Notes: generated by a model not told the origin, from the letters alone. A DNA stretch of 64,000 bases from an uncultured Gemmatimonadaceae bacterium (GCA_963781585.1 CAWAGQ010000008.1:369756-433755), one strand, 5' to 3'; positions 21,246 to 31,714 are shown, counted from the first letter of the stretch. Translations and numbers: made by a program.

Positions 21246-21521
21246 ATGGCGAAGCGCAAGGCGAAGGCCGCGAAGCGCGGCACCGGGGCGGCGAAGCGGA
21301 CGACACGCAGGGCCAGGACCGCGTCGATTGCCGGCATCAGCCGGATCGATCAGGTGTCGACTCGCACGCACGGCTACTTCGTCCGCGTCGGCTATCATCG
21401 CACCCGGGACGGCGCCTGGCGGCCCCGCCATCGGGCGTTCTTCGGGGACGCGAGCCACGGCGGCAAGATGAAGGCACTCAAGGCGGCGACCAAGTGGCTC
21501 AAGAGCGTCTCGAAGAAGTAG
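21246..21521 (+). CDS. Small basic protein with Lys/Arg/Ala-rich tail and AP2-like DNA-binding domain
   Basis: MAKRKAKAAKR... followed by GISRIDQ..THGYFVRV...FFGDASHGGKMKALKAA; GGAG RBS. Confidence 0.68.
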   Translation: MAKRKAKAAKRGTGAAKRTTRRARTASIAGISRIDQVSTRTHGYFVRVGYHRTRDGAWRPRHRAFFGDASHGGKMKALKAATKWLKSVSKK

Positions 21522-21634
21522 CGTGATGACCCGCGCGCCCGCCGGATCGCGCGCGGGCGATCGGGATTTTGCGACACCGCCTGATCACGAGTTCTGCCCG
21601 GGCCGCTTCCCCGGCGGCCCGGGGACGTGATGCC

Positions 21635-21958
21635 ATGAGCCTGGAAGGTGGCAGGCCGGTGGACGAGTCGCCCGAACGCCTGCTGGGACGCTGGCGGCTG
21701 CTGCGCGCCGACGCCTCGCTCTCCTTCGCGCCGGACGTGCGGATGGAGTTCCGCAGTGGCGGCCGGTTGCTCTACGAATTCGCGGCGGGGGCGCGACGCC
21801 AGGTGGTGCGGCTGCTCTATCGCGTCGATGGCGAGACGCTGCGCACCGATAACCCCAGCGCCCAGCACGAGCTCAGCACGCACTTCCACTTCGGCGCAGG
21901 CGGGGTTCTGGTATTCGATTTCGCCGGCGCATGCGCCTGGTTCGTACGGGAACTGTAA
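21635..21958 (+). CDS. Hypothetical beta-rich (lipocalin-like) protein
   Basis: LLGRWRL...MEFRSGGRL...YRVDGETL pattern. Confidence 0.55.
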   Translation: MSLEGGRPVDESPERLLGRWRLLRADASLSFAPDVRMEFRSGGRLLYEFAAGARRQVVRLLYRVDGETLRTDNPSAQHELSTHFHFGAGGVLVFDFAGACAWFVREL

Positions 21959-22189
21959 CGACGCGCCAGTCCCTGGCCGCGAGGGGTGATATGCCGTCTC
22001 GCATCGGCGATCCGGGGTCCGGGCTGCGGACAGGATCGGCCGCGGGGGGTCTGCTGGTGCCAACGGGCTCCGGGTAAATTGTGTCGGAGGGCTCCGTGAA
22101 GTGGATGCACGCCGCGGTCTCCCTCCCGCCGTGCCAGCTGGTCCGGGTGACAGTGCGGATCTCCAACAGCCGCCTTCCGCGGTCCATCC

Positions 22190-22411
22190 ATGGCCATCTT
22201 CCGTAAATCGATCTTCAAGACCGAATGCGATGAATGCGGGAAGCCCTTCCCGATCAACAGCGGAGGGGTGTGCGAGCGATGTCGCCGCATTCTCTGCAAC
22301 CAGCACCTGCACGGGTCGGTGGCAAGGCGCGCCGCGATCGCCTTCGGCGCGCCGTACGTCTGCGTTCAGTGCCGGATGGGGGGCGCAGGGGGGCCGGAGC
22401 AGGGTCGATGA
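22190..22411 (+). CDS. Small binuclear zinc-finger protein (73 aa)
   Basis: CxxC-x11-CxxC-x4-CxxH-x18-CxxC; stop overlaps the AlaX start (ATGA). Confidence 0.72.
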   Translation: MAIFRKSIFKTECDECGKPFPINSGGVCERCRRILCNQHLHGSVARRAAIAFGAPYVCVQCRMGGAGGPEQGR

Positions 22412-23577
22412 CCGAGCGGCTGTACTACGGGGATGCGTACCTCGCCGATTTCACCGCAAGCGTGGTGGATCGCGCGGTCGACGGCCGGCGGATCTATCTC
22501 GACCGGACCGCGTTCTACCCGACCTCCGGCGGCCAGCAGCACGACCTGGGCACGCTGTCGGGCGTCGAGGTCATCGATGTTGTCGATGAAGGCGACCGCA
22601 TCGCACATCTCGTGGCGGGGCCCGTGATCGACGCCCTGGCGCATGGCCTGATCGACTGGCCGCGCCGCTTCGATCACATGCAGCAGCACACGGGCCAGCA
22701 CCTGCTCTCGGCGATCTTCTCCGATGCGTTCGGGCACGCGACGGTGAGCGTGCACTTCGGGGAAGAGACGTCCACGCTCGACCTCGACTGTGAGCATGTC
22801 GCGGAGGGGACTCTCCGGGACGTCGAACGGCGCGCCAACGAGATCGTGATCGGAAACCGGGTGGTCCGCGTATCGTTCATCGATGAGGGAGCCGCCACCG
22901 GGCTACGCAAGGCGACCGAGCGGACCGGGACGCTCCGGGTCGTGGAGATAGACGGCATGGATCGAAGCGCGTGCGGTGGTACGCACGTCCGTTCCACGGC
23001 CGAAGTCGGTGTGGTGCTGCTTCGCCGGCAGGAACGGGTTCGGAAGACCGCTCGTGTGGAGTTCGTGTGCGGGCATCGCGCGGTCAGACGGGCCAGGCGG
23101 GATCTCGAGGCCCTGGCACAGGTGGCGCACGATCTCTCCTCGTCGCTCGACGGCGTGCCGGATCTGGTGAGAACGCAGGCGGAACAGCTGCGCGACGCGG
23201 AGGGCCGTATCCGGCGACTCGAGAGCGCCCTGTCGGAGTATCGCGCGCGCGAGCGCTTCCAGACGACGGACCCTGATGAACGCGGCCTGCGTCGCAGCGT
23301 CGAGCGGCAGGCAACGGGTTCGCCTGACGAGTGGCGGGCTCTCGCGACCGCGTACTGTGCGTTACCGAAGACCGCCTTTATCGGTGTATCGGAGGACCCG
23401 CCAGCGATCCTGCTCGCGGTCTCGGACGATAGCGGCATCGATGCCGGGAAGACGCTGCGTGCCGCGCTGCAGGAGGTCGGGGGGCGTGGTGGCGGCTCAC
23501 CCCGACTTGCCCAGGGGTCGGTCCCGTCGCCCGAAGCCCTCGAGCGGGTGCTGCGTTCCCTGGGGGAAGTGGTCTGA
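22408..23577 (+). CDS. AlaX-type alanyl-tRNA editing protein with DHHA1 domain
   Basis: TERLYY.D.Y, DRTAFYPTSGGQ, MQQHTGQHLLS (HxxxH), ACGGTHV, C-terminal GGRGGG. Confidence 0.92.
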   Translation: MTERLYYGDAYLADFTASVVDRAVDGRRIYLDRTAFYPTSGGQQHDLGTLSGVEVIDVVDEGDRIAHLVAGPVIDALAHGLIDWPRRFDHMQQHTGQHLLSAIFSDAFGHATVSVHFGEETSTLDLDCEHVAEGTLRDVERRANEIVIGNRVVRVSFIDEGAATGLRKATERTGTLRVVEIDGMDRSACGGTHVRSTAEVGVVLLRRQERVRKTARVEFVCGHRAVRRARRDLEALAQVAHDLSSSLDGVPDLVRTQAEQLRDAEGRIRRLESALSEYRARERFQTTDPDERGLRRSVERQATGSPDEWRALATAYCALPKTAFIGVSEDPPAILLAVSDDSGIDAGKTLRAALQEVGGRGGGSPRLAQGSVPSPEALERVLRSLGEVV

Positions 23578-23749
23578 TCCCGGAGAATGAGCACGGCGCG
23601 GCCCGGCCACCCTTCCCGGCGACGGCATGGAGGTACTCGCGCGACGCGCCAATTCGCGCTACACTGAGCCGCATCCCGTGCGCTCCCGCTTCGCAGTATT
23701 CCGGGATCGATACCGCTGCAGGAACAGAACTGGCATCAGGAGGTTCGCC

Positions 23750-24085
23750 ATGGCAGCCGTAGTCGTCGAATGGCTGGATCGTATCGGGAAGACTGCCTTC
23801 ACCTACTCGGCGTGGAGCTTTGTCCTCCTCAACGGATTCGGCATCGCGATGGTCGCGCTGAAACGCGACCGTGCGATGGTGAATCGATGGACGTCGCGGT
23901 TTCTGGCGGTGAATGGACTGTTGCTGGGTACCGGGCTTGGCGTTCCCATCGTCACCATGGCGATGCGGAGCGCGATCGTCGCGATTGCACCTGCGCTGCA
24001 CGTCCGGTCGAGTGCTGCCGAGGCGCGGGACAGCAATGGGCCGAACGCTGGCGTGGACCAGGGGGCCGTGCCACTCCGGCCATGA
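23750..24085 (+). CDS. Small membrane protein
   Basis: AGGAGG RBS before ATG 23750; two hydrophobic segments. Confidence 0.65.
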   Translation: MAAVVVEWLDRIGKTAFTYSAWSFVLLNGFGIAMVALKRDRAMVNRWTSRFLAVNGLLLGTGLGVPIVTMAMRSAIVAIAPALHVRSSAAEARDSNGPNAGVDQGAVPLRP

Positions 24086-24632
24086 GCACGGTCCCGACCC
24101 CGGTCCGCGTCGCCTGGGCGACCGGGTTCCGGCTACGCTGACTCTCACGTCGCCGGCGTTTCGGCACGGGGAGGCCATTTCCCCGCAATTCACCTGCGAT
24201 GGGGAAGACCGCAGCCCTCCCCTGGCGTGGCGCGATACGCCGGAGGGAACACAGACGTTTGTCCTGATCATGGACGACCCGGACGCTCCCAATCCCGCTG
24301 CGCCCAGGCGCGTGTATGTGCACTGGGTCCTGTACGACATTCCGGCAGTCACGACGCATCTGGAGCCCGGGTCTGGAAACGGCGCCGCGCAAGCGGGAAG
24401 CCGGGACGGGAAGAACGACGGCGGGCGCACCGGATACACCGGCCCCTGCCCGCCGATCGGGCGTCACCGCTATTTCTTTCACCTGTACGCGCTGGATGCT
24501 GCGTTAGGCGATCGACGGGAGCCGACGAAGGCCGAGGTTCTGAAGGCGATGGACGGCCACATTCTGGCGCAGGCGGAGCTGGTCGGCACCTATGCGCGGG
24601 GCGGGAAACAGTCGCCGCTCGCCTTGCCGTAG
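24036..24632 (+). CDS. YbhB/YbcL (PEBP/Raf-kinase-inhibitor-like) protein; start uncertain
   Basis: LTSPAF..G..I...FTCDG...SPPLAW, MDDPDAP, VHWVLY, YTGPCPPIGRHRYFF. Confidence 0.9.
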   Translation: MGRTLAWTRGPCHSGHEHGPDPGPRRLGDRVPATLTLTSPAFRHGEAISPQFTCDGEDRSPPLAWRDTPEGTQTFVLIMDDPDAPNPAAPRRVYVHWVLYDIPAVTTHLEPGSGNGAAQAGSRDGKNDGGRTGYTGPCPPIGRHRYFFHLYALDAALGDRREPTKAEVLKAMDGHILAQAELVGTYARGGKQSPLALP

Positions 24633-24750
24633 GCCGCGAAATCCTGCATCGTCTGTCGCCGCCGGCGGGCGGCCGGGCGCTCCGCATTCCCGCGTCGCGC
24701 CGGCACGGTGGGCGTGGGGTCCTGCCAATTCGGGAGTTGATGGAGAGCGT

Positions 24751-25710
24751 ATGTCGATACGGTTGATACGGCTGCTGTTCCTCGGTGTGGCGCTGGCAGC
24801 CTGCAACAGGGCGCCGACCACGCGCGCCGGCGAGCCGGACACGGGGATTGCCCTAGCGCGTTCGTCGCGCGCCAAGGACTCGCTCATCCGCGTGAAGGAC
24901 AGCGTGATCGCCGAAAAGTCCCGGCAGCTCAGCGAGCAGAGCCAGCTCATTGGCGACGCGGCCACCAGTGCGCGGCTCGTCTCCGAGATCGACCGTGACC
25001 TTTCGGCGGTGCGCGGGCTACGCGTGAGCGGCGATTCGATGAAGAGCGAGGGAGCGGTCCCGAACGCGTCGGAGCAACTGGCCCGGGTCCAGAAGAAGGT
25101 GACGGCGCTGCTGACCCGGCTGACCGCGAGTGAAGCGCGGGTGCGCCGTATGCGCGCCGACAGCACCACACACGCGTCGCAGGACTCGACGGTCGCGGCG
25201 CAGCTGCGCGACTACGAGCGCCTGATTGCCGATTTGCGTGCCACTGGTGATCGCCAGCGACAGGAGATCGCGGTTCTGACGCAGCAGGTGGACAGCGTGG
25301 CCAAGGTGGCTGCTGAGCTGACGGCACGGAACGAGGCGATCACGGCGCAAAACGAGGCGATGGCGGCGCACGAGGATTCGGTGTTCGTGGTGATCGGCAG
25401 CGAGAAGGAGTTGATTCAACGCGGTGTCGCCCGGAAGGAGGGCGGCAACAAGCTGCTGCTCGGCATGGGCAAGACCCTGGTGCCGGCACGGGCGCTCGAT
25501 CCGGCGGCATTCCGCGCGATTTCGAAGTCGCACGATCTCGAGATCACACTCCCCAGGACTGACAAGAACTACGCGCTGGTTTCGCGTCAGAGCCTCGCCT
25601 ACGTGGATCCGCCCAATCCGAAGGGCGGCGTGGTGCGCGGGACGCTGCGGATCGCGGATGCCGATGCATTCTGGCGGGCCTCGAAGTTCCTGATTCTGGT
25701 GGAGCGGTGA
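24751..25710 (+). CDS. Coiled-coil lipoprotein, Cbp1-like
   Basis: LAAC lipobox, long heptad region, C-terminal VFVVIGSEKEL...KEGG...LRIADADAFWRASKFLILV. Confidence 0.62.
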   Translation: MSIRLIRLLFLGVALAACNRAPTTRAGEPDTGIALARSSRAKDSLIRVKDSVIAEKSRQLSEQSQLIGDAATSARLVSEIDRDLSAVRGLRVSGDSMKSEGAVPNASEQLARVQKKVTALLTRLTASEARVRRMRADSTTHASQDSTVAAQLRDYERLIADLRATGDRQRQEIAVLTQQVDSVAKVAAELTARNEAITAQNEAMAAHEDSVFVVIGSEKELIQRGVARKEGGNKLLLGMGKTLVPARALDPAAFRAISKSHDLEITLPRTDKNYALVSRQSLAYVDPPNPKGGVVRGTLRIADADAFWRASKFLILVER

Positions 25711-26030
25711 CGCCGGGGGCCGGCAGCGGGCTGCCTGACGAGTCCGGTCGGGGGGGCGCCTCCGATCGGGAGACGCGCCTGCGCGAGCTGGCGCGGGCGC
25801 GGTGGAGGGTCGCCGTCACGCTCACGGTGTGCATGGTGGCGGTGTACTTCGGCTTCATCCTGCTGATCGCCTACGACAAGGCATTGCTGGCGACCCTGAT
25901 CACGCCGGGGCTCACCTTGGGGATCCTGCTGGGCGCGCTGGTGATCGTGGTCGCCTGGCTGCTGACGTGGGTGTACGTGCGGTGGGCGAACGCCCATTAC
26001 GATCGGGCGCTCCAGGATCTCGGACAATAG
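25707..26030 (+). CDS. DUF485 (YjcH-like) inner-membrane protein
   Basis: Two TMs, YFGFILLIAY...TWVYVRWANAHYD; directly upstream of actP. Confidence 0.9.
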   Translation: MTPGAGSGLPDESGRGGASDRETRLRELARARWRVAVTLTVCMVAVYFGFILLIAYDKALLATLITPGLTLGILLGALVIVVAWLLTWVYVRWANAHYDRALQDLGQ

Positions 26031-26040
26031 CCGCCCGCTG

Positions 26041-27615
26041 GTGATCGTACTGCTGCAGTCCATCGTGCCCCAGCCGGCAACCCGGATCGGCGAGCCGAAT
26101 CGGGTGGCGATGATCTTCTTCTTCGTGTTCATCGCCATCACCCTGCTGATCACCTACTGGGCGGCGCGGCGCACACGGACCACCGAGGAGTTCTACGCCG
26201 CCGGTCGCACCATCAGTGCCGGACAGAACGGGTTTGCCCTGGCCGGCGACTACATGAGCGCGGCGTCGTTCCTCGGGATCGCGGGGCTGGTATCGACGAA
26301 GGGATTCGACGGGCTGATCTACTCGACCGGATGGTTGGTGGGATGGCCGGTGGTGCTGTTCCTCATCGCCGAGCCGCTGCGCAACCTGGGCCGATATACG
26401 TTCGCGGACGTGGTGGCGGCCCGCCTGCGTCAGGGCCCGGTGCGAATCGCTGCGGCGCTCGGCACGCTGGCCACCGTGTCGCTGTATCTGATCGCGCAGA
26501 TGGTTGGGGCGGGCGGACTGATCAAGCTCATGTTCGGTCTGTCGTACGAGAGTGCGATCGTGATCGTGGGGCTGGCGATGATGGCCTACGTGCTGTTTGG
26601 TGGGATGATCGCGACGACGTGGGTGCAGATCGTCAAGGCGGCGCTGTTGCTGTGCGGCGCGGTGCTGCTGGCGCTGCTGGTGCTGGACCGATTCGGCATG
26701 AACCCGATTGCGCTGTTCCGGGCGGCGGCGGCCTCGTATGGCGATGGCGTGCTGGCGCCCGGCGGGCTGGTGTCGAAACCACTCGATGCGGTGTCGTTAG
26801 GCATGGCGCTGATGTTCGGCACCGCGGGCCTGCCCCACATTCTGATGCGGTTCTACACGGTTCCCGACGCGCGGGCGGCGCGGAAGTCGGTGTTCTACGC
26901 CACCGGGCTGATCGGGTTCTTCTATCTGATGACGTTCGTTCTCGGATTCGGCGCCATGGTCCTGGTCGGGCCGTCGGCGATCACGGCGGTGGACAAGGGT
27001 GGCAACATGGCGGCGCCGCTTCTGGCGGAGGCGCTGGGGGGGACGCCGTTCCTGGGCTTCATCGCGGCGGTGGCGTTCGCGACCATTCTGGCCGTGGTGG
27101 CCGGACTGACCCTTTCCGGGGCCGCGGCCCTGTCGCACGATCTGTGGGTGAGCGTGGTGCGTGGCGGGCGAGCCACGCCGCACGAGCAGCTGCGGGTGGC
27201 GCGCATCGCGACGGTTCTGCTCGGGGGGCTGGCGATCCTGCTGGGGATCACCTTCAAGGGGCAGAACGTGGCATACATGGTGTCGCTGGCGTTTGCCATT
27301 GCCGCCAGCGGCAACTTCCCGGCGCTGGTGCTGTCCATCTTCTGGCGCCGATGCACGACCAGCGGCGTGGTGTCGAGCATGGTCGTGGGCACGGTTGCCT
27401 CGCTCGTCCTGATCTATCTCTCGCCGACGATTCAGGTGGACATCCTCAAACGCGCGGGTGCCGCCTTTCCACTCCGAAATCCAGCGCTGGTGACGATTCC
27501 CTTGTCTTTCCTGACGGCGATTGTCGTGTCGCTCCTCACCGGCAACCGGGCCACCCGCGATGCCTATTCGCGGGTGGAACGGCAAATGCACGTCGGCGTG
27601 AAAGCGGAGGCGTGA
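26041..27615 (+). CDS. actP: Cation/acetate symporter (SSS family)
   Basis: EFYAAGR, NGFALAGDYMSAASFLG, GGMIATTWVQIVKA, FGTAGLPHILMRFYTV. Confidence 0.93.
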   Translation: MIVLLQSIVPQPATRIGEPNRVAMIFFFVFIAITLLITYWAARRTRTTEEFYAAGRTISAGQNGFALAGDYMSAASFLGIAGLVSTKGFDGLIYSTGWLVGWPVVLFLIAEPLRNLGRYTFADVVAARLRQGPVRIAAALGTLATVSLYLIAQMVGAGGLIKLMFGLSYESAIVIVGLAMMAYVLFGGMIATTWVQIVKAALLLCGAVLLALLVLDRFGMNPIALFRAAAASYGDGVLAPGGLVSKPLDAVSLGMALMFGTAGLPHILMRFYTVPDARAARKSVFYATGLIGFFYLMTFVLGFGAMVLVGPSAITAVDKGGNMAAPLLAEALGGTPFLGFIAAVAFATILAVVAGLTLSGAAALSHDLWVSVVRGGRATPHEQLRVARIATVLLGGLAILLGITFKGQNVAYMVSLAFAIAASGNFPALVLSIFWRRCTTSGVVSSMVVGTVASLVLIYLSPTIQVDILKRAGAAFPLRNPALVTIPLSFLTAIVVSLLTGNRATRDAYSRVERQMHVGVKAEA

Positions 27616-27756
27616 GCTTCGCTTCTGCCCGGCGCACCGCGACCTGCGGCGCGCGCCGAACCGGCACCAGGATGATGGCGGACATGTCGCGCGCGTGCTC
27701 TCAGCACGTGACGGGCGTCGCCGTCCTGTCGCGCCTCCATCGTTAACTTCCCCGCC

Positions 27757-29916
27757 ATGGCCGTTGATCGGACAAGGATTCCATACCTCCCGGAGCGCAT
27801 CGAAGGCCTCGCCATCGTCGCCACGAACATCGCGTGGAGCTGGAACAGGGACGTCCGGCGTCTCTTCCAACTCATCGACGACCCGCTGTGGCATCTCACT
27901 CGCCACAATCCGATCGCCATTCTCCGCCGGATCGACCCGCAGCGGCTGAACGACTGTGCGCGGGACCCGGTGTTCCTCGAGCTCTACGACCGCGCGATGG
28001 CGGAGCTGGATCTCATCCGCACAACGCACGGCACGTGGATGGAGCGTGAATACCCGGACATCGATCCGGCCAATCCGGTGGCGTACTTCTGTGCCGAGTT
28101 CGGGCTGCACAACTCGGTGCCCATCTATTCCGGAGGGCTGGGTGTCCTGGCCGGCGATCACTGCAAGAGCGCCTCCGATCTGGGTGTCCCGCTGACCGGC
28201 GTGGGACTGTTTTACACCAAGGGGTACTTCGATCAGCAATTACGACTGGACGGCTGGCAGGAAGACTCGGACGAGCAGTTCGACGTGACGAACGCGCCTC
28301 TCGAACGGGTATACGGCGCCGGACGCGAGGCGCACCTCACGAGTGTGCTCACCAGCGGCCGTGAAGTCTTCATCGGCGCCTGGCGGATGCTGGTGGGGCG
28401 CGTGCCGGTGTACCTGCTCGATACCGATCTCGAGCAGAATCACCCTGACGATCGTGAACTCACGTCGAAGCTGTATGCCGGCGGCCCTGAAGTGCGGCTC
28501 AAGCAGGAGTGGATTCTGGGTGTGGGCGGTGTGCGCGTGCTGCGCGCGATGGGCGTCGCGCCGGCGGCCTGGCATGCCAACGAGGGGCATGCGGCGTTCA
28601 TGATGGTGGAGCGCGCGCGCGAACTCGTGGCCTTGGGCGAGACCTTCGAGGGGGCGATGGGGCAGGTGCGGGCACGCTCGATCTTCACCACGCACACACC
28701 GGTTCCGGCGGGACATGACACGTTTTCGGTGGAACAGGTGGAGCAATGCACGGGGGCGGTATGGGAGACGCTGGGCGTGGGTCGCGAGACGTTCTTCGCG
28801 ATCGGCCGGCACCCGGAGCAGGCGCAGGATCAGTTTCACATGACGGTGGCGGCCATCCGGATGTCGAAGTTCGTGAATGGCGTGTCACGGCGGCACGGTG
28901 AGGTCTCACGCCAACTGTGGGCGCCACTCTGGCCGGGCCGTTCGGTGGAAGAGGTCCCCATCGGGTGCATCACCAACGGCGTGCACCTGGCCACCTGGAT
29001 GACGCGGGACATGATGGGCCTGCTTGATGTCCAGTTCGGGGCCGACTGGGGACAGCAGGTTGACGACGCGCAGTTCTGGGAACGGATGCTGGAGCTGGAC
29101 GACGGGCGGCTATGGTCGTTGCGCACAGCGTTGAAGTCGGCGCTCCTGAACTTTGTGCGCGAGGAAGCACGACGTCGCTGGGCACGACACTGGAAGGAGG
29201 CCACCCACGTCGTCGGTGCGGGGACGCTCCTGAATCCGCATGCGCTCACGATCGGGTTTGCGCGACGATTCGCGACGTACAAGCGCGCGGACCTCATTTT
29301 CCGGGACATCGAACGTCTGCGCGCACTGCTTGTGAACCCCGCGCGCCCGGTGCAGATCATCCTTGCCGGGAAAGCGCACCCGGCCGATACGCCGGGGAAA
29401 GAGGTATTGCGCACCGTATACGGGTTCACGCGCGACCCGCGGTTGGAAGGACGGGTGGCTTTTCTCGAGGACTACGAGCTGCATCTGGCGCATCGCCTGG
29501 TGGAGGGTGTGGACCTGTGGCTCAACCTGCCACGGGTGCCATTCGAAGCGAGTGGGACGAGCGGCATGAAGGCGGGACTCAACGGGGTGCCGCAGGTCTC
29601 CACACTCGATGGCTGGTGGCACGAGGGGTACGAAGGACTCAACGGGTGGGCGATCCCGCCGGCGACGTCGCGGTCAACGCCTGACGAGTGGGACGCCGAT
29701 CACCTGTATCGGCTGCTGGAAGAACAGGTGATTCCGCTCTACTATACGCGAGACGAGCGGGATGTCCCGGTGGGGTGGGTGGAGAAGATGAAGCACGCCA
29801 TCCGCGTCTCGGGCCAGCGATTCACGGCCCGTCGCATGCTCCGGGAGTACGTGACGCGGTGTTATGGGCCGGCCATGCGCGGCAATAACATCCCCGATGA
29901 TCCGCCCGGAGGCTGA
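27757..29916 (+). CDS. glgP: Alpha-glucan (glycogen) phosphorylase, GT35
   Basis: AYFCAEFG, YSGGLGVLAGD, HANEGH, GFARRFATYKR, EASGTSGMK (PLP lysine). Confidence 0.96.
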   Translation: MAVDRTRIPYLPERIEGLAIVATNIAWSWNRDVRRLFQLIDDPLWHLTRHNPIAILRRIDPQRLNDCARDPVFLELYDRAMAELDLIRTTHGTWMEREYPDIDPANPVAYFCAEFGLHNSVPIYSGGLGVLAGDHCKSASDLGVPLTGVGLFYTKGYFDQQLRLDGWQEDSDEQFDVTNAPLERVYGAGREAHLTSVLTSGREVFIGAWRMLVGRVPVYLLDTDLEQNHPDDRELTSKLYAGGPEVRLKQEWILGVGGVRVLRAMGVAPAAWHANEGHAAFMMVERARELVALGETFEGAMGQVRARSIFTTHTPVPAGHDTFSVEQVEQCTGAVWETLGVGRETFFAIGRHPEQAQDQFHMTVAAIRMSKFVNGVSRRHGEVSRQLWAPLWPGRSVEEVPIGCITNGVHLATWMTRDMMGLLDVQFGADWGQQVDDAQFWERMLELDDGRLWSLRTALKSALLNFVREEARRRWARHWKEATHVVGAGTLLNPHALTIGFARRFATYKRADLIFRDIERLRALLVNPARPVQIILAGKAHPADTPGKEVLRTVYGFTRDPRLEGRVAFLEDYELHLAHRLVEGVDLWLNLPRVPFEASGTSGMKAGLNGVPQVSTLDGWWHEGYEGLNGWAIPPATSRSTPDEWDADHLYRLLEEQVIPLYYTRDERDVPVGWVEKMKHAIRVSGQRFTARRMLREYVTRCYGPAMRGNNIPDDPPGG

Positions 29917-29956
29917 CCGGCAGGCGCGATGACCGAGGGTGAGGGGGAGACGGGCG

Positions 29957-31576
29957 ATGCCAGGCAAGCGGAAGACTCCGGGGAACACACCGGGAGCGCC
30001 GGAGCAGCCGCGGCGACAGCGGCGGCCTCGGGAAGTCGTGCCGGTGGCGCCGGTGCCGCGTCCCGCACTTCCTGACGACCCGCCGCTGGTGGCACCATCC
30101 GGCAAGCCGGTTACGATCGTCCACCTTGCGGCCGAGCTCGCCCCCTTCGCGCGGACGGGCGGTCTCGGCGAGGCGGTGTCGAGTCTTGCGCACTATCAGG
30201 CCCTGACCGGACTCACCTCCGTCATCGTGATGCCCCTGTACCGGCAGGTTCGGGAGGTGGCGACCGATCTGGTTCCCGTGGGCGAGCCATTCCCGGTGAC
30301 TGTGGGGCCGAGGACCGAGCTGGCCCGGCTGCACGAGTCGCGCGCGCTGCAGTCGAACCCGGCAGAGGGCAAACCGCGCATCCTGTTCATCGAGAACGCG
30401 GAGTACTTCGACCGGGACCACATCTACGGAACGGCGCAGGGGGACTATCCGGACAACCATCGGCGGTTTGCCTTCTTCTGCTTCGCCGCCCTGAATGCGC
30501 TACCCTCGATCGCCAGCATGCCGGTCATTCTCCACGCGCACGACTGGCATGCGGCCCTCGCGCCGGTGTACCTGCGCGTCTTCGACGGTGGCCCGGGACG
30601 CGAGTTCTATCGTAACACGTCTTCGGTGCTGACCGTTCACAACGCGGGCTTTCAGGGACAATTCGCGCCCGACGTGCTCTCGGATCTCGGGCTGCCGTGG
30701 GATCTGTACAATTTTGCGCAGCTGGAGTGGTACGGACGGGTGAACATCCTGAAAGGTGGCCTGGCGTTCGCTGATGCGGTGTCGACGGTGAGCCCCACGC
30801 ATGCGCACGAGTTGCGCACGCCAGCCGGCGGGTTCGGCCTGCACGACGCTTTCATCAGTCTGCGCGAGCGCTTCGTGGGCATCGTCAACGGCATCGATCA
30901 GCGCGAATGGAACCCCGAGACCGATCCCGTCATTACCGCGCGCTACAGCCGGGACGACCTGTCGGGCAAGAAGCGATGCAAGAGTGCGCTACAGCGGATC
31001 TTCGGGCTGCCGCAGCGGTCGCGCGTGCCGATCTTCGGTATGAGCGCCCGGATGGTGTATCAAAAGGGCCTCGACCTGATCCTGGGCAGCCCCCGGTTTC
31101 TGTCGCTCGACGCACAGTTCCTGTTCCTGGGGCAGGGCGAGAAGCGGTACGTGGATACGCTTACCGAGCTGGCGCGCATGGCCCCGGGACGGATCGGCGT
31201 GCAGACGGATTTCACCAGCGTGCAGGAACATCGATTGATGGCCGGTGCCGATGTGATCATCATGCCTTCCCAGTACGAGCCGTGCGGCCTCACCCAGATG
31301 CGGGCGCAGCGCTATGGCGCGCTGCCGGTGGCGCGGCACGTTGGCGGGCTTGCCGACACCATCGAGGACGGAATCACCGGATTCCTGTTCGATGCCTTCA
31401 GCACCAGCGACTTTCTCACGGCATGCGTGCGCGCGATTGACCATTACCAGGATCCCACCCCCTGGCATCACATGCAGCGGGAAGCGATGTCGCGCGACTT
31501 CGGATGGGAGCGATCCGAGCAGAAGTATCTCGAGCTGTACCGCAAAGTGCTGGCTTCGCCGCGTTTTCGCCGGTGA
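29957..31576 (+). CDS. glgA: Glycogen synthase, GT5
   Basis: ELAPFARTGGLG, HAHDWH, TVHN, GIVNGID, QKGLDL, PSQYEPCGLTQM. Confidence 0.95.
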   Translation: MPGKRKTPGNTPGAPEQPRRQRRPREVVPVAPVPRPALPDDPPLVAPSGKPVTIVHLAAELAPFARTGGLGEAVSSLAHYQALTGLTSVIVMPLYRQVREVATDLVPVGEPFPVTVGPRTELARLHESRALQSNPAEGKPRILFIENAEYFDRDHIYGTAQGDYPDNHRRFAFFCFAALNALPSIASMPVILHAHDWHAALAPVYLRVFDGGPGREFYRNTSSVLTVHNAGFQGQFAPDVLSDLGLPWDLYNFAQLEWYGRVNILKGGLAFADAVSTVSPTHAHELRTPAGGFGLHDAFISLRERFVGIVNGIDQREWNPETDPVITARYSRDDLSGKKRCKSALQRIFGLPQRSRVPIFGMSARMVYQKGLDLILGSPRFLSLDAQFLFLGQGEKRYVDTLTELARMAPGRIGVQTDFTSVQEHRLMAGADVIIMPSQYEPCGLTQMRAQRYGALPVARHVGGLADTIEDGITGFLFDAFSTSDFLTACVRAIDHYQDPTPWHHMQREAMSRDFGWERSEQKYLELYRKVLASPRFRR

Positions 31577-31714
31577 ATGGGCAATGCATCGGTTTCAGGC
31601 CTTTGTTGACCGGTGGCTGACCGCGATTGCCGTCAGCCAAGGTCTCGACGGCGGCGACTGCAGTGCAGGTCCCGCCGTCGGATCCGATGACTTCCTTGAA
31701 CGCGGGACGCCCCC

